Source: Marsupella aquatica
Taxonomy: Eukaryota; Plantae; Marchantiophyta
Direction of reading: 5' to 3'
DNA: 64,000 nucleotides
Assembly: GCA_973895155.1 (NCBI GenBank)
Contig: OZ316898.1
Coordinates: forward strand, 9,948,286-10,012,285
The position numbers and the translations under genes were made by a program. The stretch's first letter is position 1. Each line of letters begins with the position of its first letter. The notes under the pieces are model-generated. The model did no database searches, was not told the DNA's origin, and saw nothing but the letters and a program-made list of their open reading frames with translations. This document shows, in pieces, positions 1 through 11,289 of this stretch.

Positions 1-121
1 CAACGTGGATCATCAACCAGAGGTGGTACAACGGCTCCAAGCAGCCCATGGACCTTTGATGGCTGCATTGCACAAATTTGAGGACCTTGGGTAGCATAAT
101 GGACAACCAATAGCCCCAATC

Positions 122-1100
122 TTGAGCGCACCAGTTACATGGACTCCTCCTTCAGATGGCCTTACATTGCTTGAGCTTTTTGGTGGCATTTCTACAGGCC
201 TGGAAGCTCTCCTACAGTCTGGCATGGTGGTGAAGCAGTACATCTATGTGGATATTGATCCAGGTGCAAGGCAAGTGGCTGAATCCCGTCTGCTGGAATT
301 TTCAGAGCGATTTCCTCAGCAGTTTCCACACAGTGCATGGAAGTCTGCATTTTCTTTCTTTCCTCCAGATATCCAGCTTGTCCAGCACCGGCACTTAACC
401 CTTCTTGGCTCCCTTGATTTGATCATAGCTGGTTGGGAATGCCAAGGGTTTTCAGCTGCTGGTCACGGTGCTGGACTGCATGATTCTCGTTCTGGCCTTT
501 TCACAGCATTGGTTCAGATTCTCACCTGGGCTCAATCCCTTTATCCTGCTGTTGGTTATATCATTGAGAATACTCCATCTCAGTTTGACCAGCGTCCATA
601 GGTCAAAGAGGATTTCAGTGTGGTCCAGCACTACTTGGGACCACCCCTTCTCATTGATGCAGTGCATTGTGGTTCTTATGCACATCATCTTCGTAACTTT
701 TGGACTAACCTTGCACCACCTTCCTTGCTGGAGATGGCTCTTCACCACACATCTAGGGACACTAACCTTACAGTGGACCAGATTTTGGATCCTGACAGTT
801 CTTGCCAACCAGTTACACGGCAAGAGCCAGCACCTTGGTATCCAACTAATACCATTGGACAACCCCGTGCTGCTTGGCCTACATTTGTGTCCTTTCCAGG
901 TGCACATGCTTTTCAGGGTGATGGTCCTGGGCTGGTTTATCGACATTCTACCGGTACATGGGATGAACCTAGTCCTGAGGAGAGAGAACGGGCTATGGGC
1001 TTCCAACCCGGTACTACAGGTCACACCAAAATCACCAGGCTGGCCAGGAATGCTTTACTTGGCAGGGTAATGGATCTCAATGCTCTCACTTGGCTTCTGG
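122..1100 (+). pseudogene. DNMT3-like C5 cytosine DNA methyltransferase domain within the retrotransposon polyprotein (interrupted by TAG at 599-601)
   Basis: Motifs in canonical order: I LELFGGISTG (~170-200), II YVDID, IV DLIIAGWECQGFSAAG (Cys 440-442), V DSRSGLF, VI IIENT (566), VIII PLLIDA...SYAHHLRNFWTNL (683-712), IX EERERAMGF, X RLARNALLGRVM. Motifs VIII-X resemble DNMT3 (AHRARYFWGNL; EMERVFGF; RLARQRLLGRSW). ORFs 122-601 and 620-1828 share one frame. Confidence 0.9.
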
Positions 1101-4100
1101 TCACTTGCATCCTTTTTCAGATGTACATTCCTCCAGCATTAGGAGCTCCAGCCTTACCACTCCATAGTGCTGCTGCATGGCATCCAGACCAGGTGCACTT
1201 ACCGCTGTCCAACACTCACCACTTCAGTCCAAGTGTTGGGGGGGAGGAGGTCCCTTGTAATGTGGCTGACATTATTTCTGAGTTTCATGGTGTGGACCAC
1301 TTCAAATCAGCAGGTACAACAGGCCTTGGAGAGGCCTCATTACCTTATGAGCAGCATGCTAGCAGCTTGGACAGTGGAGAGGCTGGCACTTCTGGCTCTT
1401 CAAGCACGAGTACATCAGGTCCTATTCCTAGTGTTGCCAACTACACATTTATCATGGGCAACCACCTGAGTAAAAGACAGAAGGACCAGCTGCTGAATTT
1501 TCTCCTCAAGCATGAGAATGTGTTTGCTTTCTCTATGAAGGACTTGGGTAAGTGCAAGACTATGCAGTTCTCCATTGAGTTGGCTGATGAAACACCTATC
1601 TTTAGGCGGAGACACCGTTTGAGTAAGCATGAGTGGCAGCTGGTGGATGAGAGGTGCCAAGAGCTTTATGAAGCTGGTCTTATTCAGCCATCTACATCAG
1701 ATTTTGCAGCAGCTACAGTGATGCCAGCAAAGAAGGATTCCAGTGGATTGTGGACAGAGAAGCGCATGTGTGGGGACTACAGGCCATTGAACCTGGTACC
1801 CCATGCCGCGGCCAGAGGAGCTATTTGACAGCATTGGAGACTCAGACATCTTCACTCTTGTGGATCTAAGGCAAGGCTTCAACCAGATTTTGCTACTTGC
1901 AAAGGACCGTAAGAAAACAGCTTTCCATGGTAGTAACCAACTATGGGAGTGGTTGGTGATGCCATTTGGCTTGAAGAATGCGCCCATATTCTTTCAAAGA
2001 GTCATGGACCAGGTTCTTCAAGGTGCTGAGTTTCTGAAATGCTACATTGATGATGTGTTGGTCCACAGCAAAGGATTTGACCAGCATCTACTTGACCTTG
2101 AGGAGCTATTCATAAGGCTTAAGAAGGTGAACCTAAAGATACACCCCAAGAAGTGTGAATTTGCTGTCAGATCAGTCGTATATCTTGGGCATCGCATTCT
2201 TCCAAATGGAACCATGGCTCACTGGGCCAAGGTGGTATCCATCTTGGAAATGCCCACTCCTACCGATGTTCACACTTTGAGGAGTTTTATTGGGTTGTGC
2301 AATTACTACCGGATCTACATCAAAGATTTCAGTACCATTGCACACCCATTGTATGCTTTGTTGAAAAAGAATGTGACTTGGACATGGAGTACAGATGCTG
2401 AGGCAGCATTTGCCACTTTGAAGGAGAAGCTCTCAGAATACCCGGTGCTGAGAAGACCTGATTTCAACAAGGTCTTTGTGCTACACACAGATTGGAGTGC
2501 CCTTGGGATTGGTGCCATTCTGGGCCAGCATGATGAGGAAGGTAAAGAGTACGTCATTGCCTATGCATCCAGGAGCAACAATCAGGCAGAGAGTCATTAT
2601 TCTTCTTATGAGGGTGAATGCCTTGTTGTTGTGTGGGCTGTCATACATTACAGGCCCTACCTCTATGGGACCAGGTTTGTTCTCTACACCGACCACCAGC
2701 CCTTGAAGTGGTTGATGACCAACGACAAGCTTACTGGCAAGCTTGCTCGTTGGGCACTCATACTCCAGGAGTATGATTTTGAGGTAATTCATAGGCCTGG
2801 TGTGACACATCAAAATGCTGACACTATGTCCCGCAGCCCTTTGATTGCCTCTGATGATCCCTCAAATGCACGGCAGGATTTTGACCAGGTTTCCATCCTG
2901 CCTACATTTCATGCATCTACCTATCTTGCTTTGCTGCCATGCTACATTGTTGACCAACCTGTGGTGGACATATGGGAGGACAGCGACACTCTGAGATTTC
3001 TGCAGGATGGGGAGTACCCCACCCATGTTACTGCTGCCCAGAGAGACCGAATTCAGCAAAGGTCCAAGCGCTACTTGTGGAAGGGAGATCATCTTGTGCG
3101 CTGCTTGCCAGACAGGGAAGTGGTGGTTCCACCCATTCATGAGAGGGTTGGCCTTATCCGTAAGGTACATTTTGAGCTTGGTCATTTTGGTGTTAAGAGG
3201 ACTTATAGCCTCTTGGTCCCCCATTATCATTGGAGAGGCATGCATGGCCAGGTTCGAGATGTTATTGCCCGGTGTGAGCAGTGTGATAGGGTAAGGACTT
3301 CTTTCACATCTCGGCAACCCACACTTCATCCACTCCCTATTCAGGGCATGTTTTATCGTTGGTCATGTGATTTGGCTAGAGAATTACCCCTCACATCTCG
3401 GGGTAATCTCTACATCATGATCATGATAGAGCATTTCTCCAAGTGGATAGAACTTGTGGCATTGCCGGATAAGACCTCCCGTAGCACCAGCCAGGCATTC
3501 TTGCAACAAGTTCTCAGCCGCTTTGGAGCTTGTGCAGAATGTCTCACTGACCAGGGCTCAGAGTTTAGAGGAGAGTTCCAGGAGCTGCTTGATCAGGCTC
3601 TCATTGATCATCGCCGGACATCACGAGATCACCCACAGGCAGATGGCTTGGCAGAGCGCATGGTTCAGACATGCAAGAAGGGCCTTCGGAAGATCTGCCT
3701 CACCAAAAGCAAGGAGGATTGGGACCTGGCCTTACCCTACATTGCCATGGGGTATAGGATGTCCAGACATGCATCACTGTCTAACTTTTCTCCCTACTTC
3801 TTGTTGTTTGGTCGTCACCCAGTTCTACCTTCTGCTATTGCTTCTCACATGCTTCAGGTGGTGGACTTGGATTCAGCTGTGACTTGGTCTGATGTGATCT
3901 CTGAGAGGGCTGCCCTATTCAGGAGGGTTATGCCCATGGCCATGGAGAATCTGGCCATTGCACAGCACAGGGACACACTGCGTTATGCACACACACGAGG
4001 GGGCACTTTTCAGCCCAAGGTCAGGAAGTTTGAAGTGGGAGATTTTGTGTACTTGCAGCGGCAAGCTAACGACACCCTGGACACCTCTACCAGTCGCACT

Positions 4101-4262
4101 ATTCTCAGGGTCAAAGCTATTCGACCGTCTGGAGTGCTAGAGTTACAAGGGGCAGATGGGCGCACAATTGCTGACAATGCCAAGAATTGCGCCCCTTGTC
4201 ATCTGCCTAACCTGGATCCCACCATTGTGACTTCTACTTGGATTCCACCTGTGGACTACCCT

Positions 4263-4397
4263 TGCAAAGTGTGTTTGCGAATTGATGATGCTGACCAGAT
4301 GCTGCTGTGTGACAATTGCAATGGAGGGTACCATCTTTTCTGCCTTCGGCCTGAACTTACCCAGGTGCCAGAAGGGTTATGGTTTTGCCCTTCCTGT
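4263..4397 (+). other. PHD finger (C4HC3) at the C-terminus of the retrotransposon integrase
   Basis: CKVC...MLLCDNC...YHLFC...VPEGLWFCPSC at the end of ORF 1803-4415. Confidence 0.92.
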
Positions 4398-7199
4398 GCT
4401 CCACGTGCTATCTGACTTTTCTTCAGCCCTCCTTTTGGCTGTGGTCTGGGGGGGATACAGAGGTTTACACCTCCACTACGTACATACCACCTCAGTTGCT
4501 TTTTCTTGGCACCTGTGAATGTGATTGGACTTTTTCTATGCATGTTGGTTGCTAGCAGCTTGCACATATGCATTGCCGGTGACTTGTATGTTTTCGATAC
4601 ACTATGGCTACGATACTATATGTCACGACACTGATGCCTAAGCTTGCACATCAAGTTTGGATGAATCAAGAAAAATGTCTTTTGTTTGCAAAACTAAACC
4701 CAACCCAAACAAGCCTGGGCTTGGATAGGGGAAACCCTCTTTTATTTCAAGTTAAACAATTGCATGAATGAGTCACAAAAGCAGGAATTATACGAGTGCT
4801 AGCACAAGAACCAACAACAAAACCTCAAATCCTAAGCAAAACCCCCTGAACACAGGTTCTCCACCATAGTGCACCTAAGCATAAAGCAGCATAATTTCAT
4901 CTAAAAATTCTCCAGCAGATTGATGGAGGTGATGATCCTCAGTATTGGAAGTGTCATGTTGTATACCCTCAGAAGCTCCCAATGCAAGTAAGTTCATTTG
5001 TCTAAAATGCCCGCGAAAATGCCATATGCTATACGGGATGACAGAAGTTTGTTTTTTGGTCTTTGTCACTTTGTGAACATTTAGTTCTCATTGCTTATTC
5101 TACTTTGTTGAATCCATTCTTCTAGCTTTACAAGAGTGAAGCCCAGAAAACACAGGAGAAGTTGTTTGAAAACCATTACAGTAGCTTCCATTAACACTAT
5201 GAAAGCATGACGGGTATGAGGTGAATCAGTTCTCCAGTGTGAATAGTTTCTTTGCCATAGTTACCTCGGCCATCAGAAAAGCCTAGAGCACATTTTGGGT
5301 CCAAACAGTCCAAATAATAACAGGTCTGTGTTATGCTCCACTTCTTCTTTACCTGTTCATCTGCCTTCCTTCTCTCCTCTTTTGACCTTTCTGGCACAAA
5401 TGAAATCCCAAAGACGGTACATAAATATAGGAAAACCAACAAATTGCATATGATCAACTTGAGCTTTCACCGGTGATTTTTGGGTAGAAATTGAGGATTG
5501 GAAAAAATATTACATCTAAGTTGTTGAATTCAGCACACCCCAGAACACAATTTGCGCACTACTCGTGCAGGCAGGATAATAACACCACAGAGCAAAGCTC
5601 TTGTCTTACCTCAAATCTACTTCTATGAAACAGGATTGAAGTGTTGCCCATTTTTTCACGAGCTGTTGTCCTCTCCCATCTCTCGTGCACGCAATGGTGT
5701 GGATAGGGTCTTTTGCCCAGTTTTTTGGTGGGGGTGCTTAGGGGTACGGGTGCATAATGTGAGAGTTCTCTTTAATTAGAAACTGGTCTTTCTCTCCCGC
5801 TTAATTGGTTATGCACTTATACTGTTAGCAAAGTGGTGTACCTATCGTAGGGTCACACTTTAGGGCCCGACCTATCCTCCACTCTGTCCGTCCCTCTTTC
5901 ACTAATATCATAGTGGTAACTTGGTTTGCAATTCTCAATACCTGGCAGCCATTTTGATTTCTCCTACCAAAGACTTTTCTCAGTTTACTTTTCTGGTATT
6001 TTGCTCATACCTAGCCAAACATGTGTTGGTGGCCTATTTCAAAAGAGAATACCGTTTTCTGGGGCATTTTGCCTGATATGAAGTTTTTCAGGCTGTCATA
6101 TCTGGAATTTCATTTCTTCAAATTTTCAGGGTTCTACTAGGTTGCCACATTTTTTTGTCAAATATCAAGACTTGCCACCTTATTTAGTGTTGTTACTAGA
6201 ATGCACTGTCTTGTCACAGGTATGTGACTTAACCCCAGTTAGCCACAAGAGATCTTCCAAAGCTTGAGATTGTCACATTGCACAGTACAATGGTTTCCAT
6301 CATTCTTGGGTTAGATTTTCGCACCCCCACTACTGGTCCACTAGGGAAGGGTCGGACCTTCCATTCCGCCAGCACTGTTGCTTCCCTATTTTCCAAGTGC
6401 CCTCCTCTGCCCTAAAGCTGGGCACCCCTTGGCGCACTCCACTCTGAAGGCGATTGAAATTGTCAGATTTTTCAATGTAACCGTCTCTGGGCTGTAGGAT
6501 CTTCTCCTTAACCCCCCGCTTAACCCATGACCAAACGATTTTAAAAAATGACAATTGATGCTATTAGACAAAAAAGGTGCTAAATCTAGAAAAACCCAGG
6601 TTCCCAATTTTGCTCACACATGTTTCCAGCACACCGTCTTTATGAAGCGCTACAATTTAGACATCAGAAATTGTTTTTAATAAGTTATTATATACGCGAA
6701 CCCCACGGTAAACGACGGACCGATGGGCTGGCTGGGGTCTGGACAGTCTCCGGTCGGACCGCCCCCAGACGAGCTCGCTACCTTTGAAGTCGTACGTCCA
6801 GTATGGCATCTTACATTTCCGTACCGGTCTCTGGACCCGTCCCCCCGTTCTACCGTCCCTAAACTTTTGTCCACAGCTCTGGCCCCGTCCCTCACGTTGG
6901 GGCCCGGGTCGAGTGAAACCCGCTCGGTAAAAAAGTTGTGCACCGTCCTCACTTGCGGTCAGACTCGCTGCCCGACCGTCTGACCCACGATCATATGAGT
7001 TAAAATCAACGGTTCTGGACGGGCTTCTACTTTTTAGTGAGACTGTGAGCCGTGGATTAAATCACAGACGATGATTTTATTCTGCATACCCGCCTTCCCC
7101 GGATGCTTTCATGCATGCCACCCCCAAAACCCACCCTCATCACTCCTCGCCTACGACGCCCATAATAATATTAGAAACTAAGGCACCTTAGGTTATTTT

Positions 7200-8530
7200 A
7201 GAAAAAGCCTGTCAATTGTGTAGAATCGACAGGATCACGGTCCCACCTTTGCTGTGGTTTAAGCGTTGGTTTACTTGACTCTTACTGGTTAGTGCATCTC
7301 CAGCCGTGCAATGGGCGTTAAATTGCTAAAAGGGCCCTTTGCGGCCACAGATCCGGCTCCCAATATGTTAGCGTCTGCAAAACTTGCCGAAGCGTACATT
7401 TGTAATCAGAGGAGGTACTTTACACAGGGTGGGTACTTTGCCTCTTGTTGGGGATTGGCTTCACCGGTTATCTACTGGTCGTTCTAAGTGCTGGGGGACA
7501 CAAAAGATGGGGATTGGTGTGATTGGGCCTGTGGCTATGATGGATTGCCGACATGAAAGGTTCGGTGGAAAGACGGAACAGATTTTTTTCCTTCTTCTAA
7601 TGCTAGCTTACGAAGACTACTATGTAGAGAGATCTCTGTGGAGATGATTGGCATTAGGAAGTGGAGGATGGAATTGAAAGCACTTCCGAATGAGAAGTTT
7701 ATATGGAGTAATGTTTGGGAGGAGAAAAGCAATTCCTTCTTATGGCAGTTAGCTCATCATTTGTTTGGCACGAAACATTACATTGGGCGACCATCTCTTC
7801 ATAGAGATGAATTTGGTGCTATTATTCCCTTTTCCAGAATGGGTGCTGAATGGTGGTGTAGACGGTGAGAAGAAAGTGCTCATGAGGATTCCATTCACTG
7901 TATTTGGAATTGCTTTGAATCTAGACGGATTTGGCTGTGGATTGAAAAAGTCTTGTAGTGTGCTTCTGATCAGGGAAGGATGTTTCACTTTGAGGCAATC
8001 CATGTATTATTTGGGGCTCCTTTTGCTGGAGTTCCTCAGAGTTTTCCACTCAAACTTTGGCAGATTTTACAGGGGATTACTATTTGGCAGCTCTAGAAGG
8101 CTTGTTGTCTACTGGAAAAAGAGAATGTGTGAATTGCGGTTTAGGGTATTCAAATCATTATTTTGCAAGGAGTTTTGTTTGAACATGAAGGCTGTGTGGA
8201 ATCAGGGTCTTGCTCGTATTGCAGTGGTAGGCGGTGACAGACATGATCTGATTGGCAGGATGTGCCATGATTTTGGTTGCGAAGGAGGGCTAAGGATGAC
8301 ATGTTCATTGTTGATTACACACCACCCTTGGATTTGTGTTTTTGCTTTGTTTATAGTTTTGATGTGGGTAACATGTCATCATGTTCCACTCTAGCTCCTG
8401 TTTTGGCCCTTGTCCTCGAGATTGGATGCATTGATCTCCAGGTGATTTTTTGGCCCTTGATCTTTGTTTTGATCTGGTCAGATTTTACTCCATGTTTTAC
8501 TGGTTTTTACTTTTCATATAAGTAAAGTAT
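7200..8530 (+). mobile_element. Decayed 3' fragment of an L1-type LINE (zf-RVT/CCHC region)
   Basis: Frame 3 reads IWSNVW...FLWQLAH...WWCRR*EESAHEDSIHCIWNCFESRRIW (CxxC-E-H-C with a stop at the second Cys), then LWQILQGITIWQL. T-rich 3' flank and multiple stops. Boundaries approximate. Confidence 0.65.
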
Positions 8531-9230
8531 TCCTTTCAAGATTAATTTTTTTTTGCCAAAGCCCATCGATCTGGCATCCAAGCATGAATCGACAGCCATT
8601 CCAAACCCTCCCGCAAGTTTACCTGTGCACAATTGACCAACTCAGGTGGGAGTCAAGCTTGTTGCATACCTGATCTACTGTTTTATGGCACAAGCTTGAC
8701 AGATGTACTGCTGCATCGTGTTTGAGATTCATATGCAGGCTAGCAGAGGGGTGCTGCATCCCAACCGCCTTCCTGCCAGAAGATGGAGGTCCAAAGGTGG
8801 TCTATATCGCAGTTGCAGTAAACAATTCGTGGATGGAGGCATTGGTGGGGTGCCTCCTTGCCAAGTATATGCCCCTATGAGATAAAGTAGTGGTTGCAAG
8901 CCCCCCCTCTGCTGGAGATGCTTTTAGAGTCTTCAGTCCAGTCAGACACTCACTGTTGGGGTTCTCCCTTAGTTTTTTCAAAATGTATTGAAATAAAGGT
9001 GGAGTGAACAAAGTGTACAAATAATTAGGAGGCATCATACAGTCCAGATGTCTTTTGTCATGTCTTTTGTCATCTCCTTGCACTTTCTTGATCTTTCTAT
9101 TGACACATTTCAACTTTTACACCAGGCCCGAGACCAAAGCTATGCATGTGGTCACAATAGACTAAACTAAAATGTAGAGTTCATATGGTTTGGACTATAT
9201 GATTGCGACAATACATTAATTACCACAATA

Positions 9231-9656
9231 GGGTATCTCAATTCCCAGCCATAACAAGATTAGGCCCTCCCGTAAAAGTTATGGGAGCCGATCTTTCGCT
9301 ACTGTAAGGAAACCCCATGGGCTCAAGACGACCTGTAATTTCCTGCAACTTTAGGCAGAAATCCAGAAATTTAGGACTCCTGAACTCCGGAAACCAAGTT
9401 GCACAACTGAAGGCATGTGGGCTTTGCGCCTGACGTGGTGATGGCTGTTGCATTTGAGGTGGCGGATGATCAAGAATGAAGATAAAATGAGAGATGCTAC
9501 AAGACAAAGGTGAGGCTGTAACTTCTTGCTTATGGGGCGGGTCAATGCTACCTCCCCACATTTTAAAATTTCCTTAACTAGGTCCCATATTAACCAGAGT
9601 CACAGGATGGACTACAAATCCGTAACTTTCCGTAACAACCCAACTTTGAGACGCCC
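9231..9656. mobile_element. MITE-like element with GGGYRTCTCAA terminal inverted repeats
   Basis: Left end gggtatctcaa, right end ttgagacgccc (9/11 match), TA on both flanks. Same terminal motif as 34727-34975. Confidence 0.45.
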
Positions 9657-10174
9657 TATTATGTTATGGGGCTAGTTTGGGACCCTCTCAGAATACTAAA
9701 CAAAAGTACAACCAACAACTGCAGGTGTGATAACTCTCAGTGCAACCATAGTTTGACCAGAGCCTAGTAAATAGCTTTCTTTTCAAAGTTCCTGGCGGGA
9801 GTTGATGTTGATAACGTTTTAAAATTTTTAAAACTTGAGGCAATTTAATAACATATTACAACATTGGAACCCTGCACTAACTTGGGATGCTTTTGAAAAT
9901 ATTGTCCAAGTTACTCTTGTGCATTCCTTTACACTAATCATCATATGAGCTCTTAGCTAGTGAACTCTCCAAGATGGAACAGGCGAATTTGCTTACATCT
10001 TTTGATATATAACATTGAAATAGTTTCTTGGTCGTTGAACTATTAGCATATCACATGTACACGTTTATGTCTATTGTCACTTCCATTTGGAATACGTTCT
10101 TCGTGAAACGTCAAGTTAATGTTCCCCCACTTAACCCAACGACTTAAGTTTGTGTCATCGATTTCTTCCTTTTG

Positions 10175-10652
10175 GAGTCTTGGTTTATGTTCTGGCAACA
10201 CTTCTTTCCAACAGAGTCTAAGTGTTCAGGACAAACCTAGTACTTTGGTTAAGAGTCATGATTTATAGAGTCTTGGTTTATGTTGTGCCAAATACTTATT
10301 CTCTATGTAGTTGTGATTAATGTTTTGGCAAGGGAGTCATGCTTGTTTGGTAACAGATTCTAAGTGTTTAGGCACAACCTAGTATTTTGGTTAAGAGTCA
10401 TGATTCTAGAGTCTTGGTAGATGTTTTGTCAAATACTTTCTCGATGGAGTCAGGGTTTATGTTCTGGCAACACTCGGGGCAACACTTCTTTCCAATGGAG
10501 TCATACCTATTTTGTAATAGAGTCTAAGTCTTCAAAGGGAGCCTATTACTTTGGTTGAGAGTCGTGATTGATAGAGTCTTGGTTTATGTTGTGCCAAATA
10601 CTTACTCTCTATGGAGTGGTGGTTTATGTTTTGGCAACACTTCTTTCCAAAA
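10175..10652. repeat. Degenerate tandem repeat (gagtcttggtttatgtt...caacacttctttccaa subunits in ~150-bp higher-order units)
   Basis: Core motif recurs at ~10176, 10268, 10409, 10447, 10574 and 10614. Confidence 0.7.
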
Positions 10653-11289
10653 AGTTGATGGCACAAAGTGAATTGGGCCGGAGTCAGTGGCCGACAAAAA
10701 GTTTTGGGTGCCAAAACATAAACCTGAACGTGATCTGTAATCCAATTTAAGTTCATTTAAGGCAATCATTGAGAAGGATTTCAAGTAATCTAAAAAGTTA
10801 CAATTTTTCATTGGCATCAGCAAGATGTCTTTAGTGATTTACTTTCCAAGGGGTTGGGGGTGGTTTGGCAGGCCATGACATAAGTCAGCCAAAAGGGGCA
10901 TCAATTTGGGGAAACCACCATGCAGTTTCCCAATTTTTGATTGACAAATCTGTTTTTGTGTGTAATGTTTTTTCATTGGCAAATTTTGATTGACTATGTA
11001 CTGTTGTACGTCCCCTAATTTTTTGTGAGTGTAGGCTACATATGTTCAGATTGTGGGATTCTTTCATTTCCCTAGCAGCCTCTTGTTTTGTGTGAGAAGT
11101 AATTTGTTCTGTCTCTCTGGTAATCTTGCTCTTATTAATTTTTCTTGGGTTCAGAAGGGGAAGGATGGGAAACCAACCAATGAGTGACTGGGCCATGCAA
11201 CTGGATCCACCACTGGGGGCTAAGGAAACCCCCAAATTTATTGTATGTTGTTGGTTATTTGGAGTCTTCTTTTGAGTGAGCTTTCATTG

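Larger units (their letters stand above)
1..4415 (+). mobile_element. Decayed Ty3/Gypsy-type LTR retrotransposon pol region: DNMT3-like methyltransferase - RT - RNase H - integrase - PHD finger (5' part outside window)
   Basis: RT motifs RMCGDYRPLN, DLRQGFNQI, MPFGLKNAP and YIDD (2043). RNase H LHTDWS...YASRS...TDHQPL...NADTMSR. Integrase HHCC plus core D-D-E (SCDL, TDQG, GLAER). The RT-RH-IN order is Gypsy. In-frame stops at 92-94 and 599-601 and a frameshift at ~1800 (NLV|YPMP, short deletion). No LTR or PPT identified. Confidence 0.93.

Noticed and set aside
1790-1830. Programmed ribosomal frameshift between ORF 620-1828 and ORF 1803-4415
   Set aside because: The break falls inside RT, where several conserved residues are missing, and there is no slippery heptamer. 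A deletion explains it better.
4416-4700. 3' LTR/polypurine tract of the Gypsy-DNMT element (G-run near 4448-4455)
   Set aside because: No convincing PPT followed by TG, and the 5' LTR is outside the window, so it cannot be matched.
6677-7060. GC-rich ccgtc/gacgg-rich segment as a transposon end or gene
   Set aside because: No clear TIR pair, TSD or recognisable protein.
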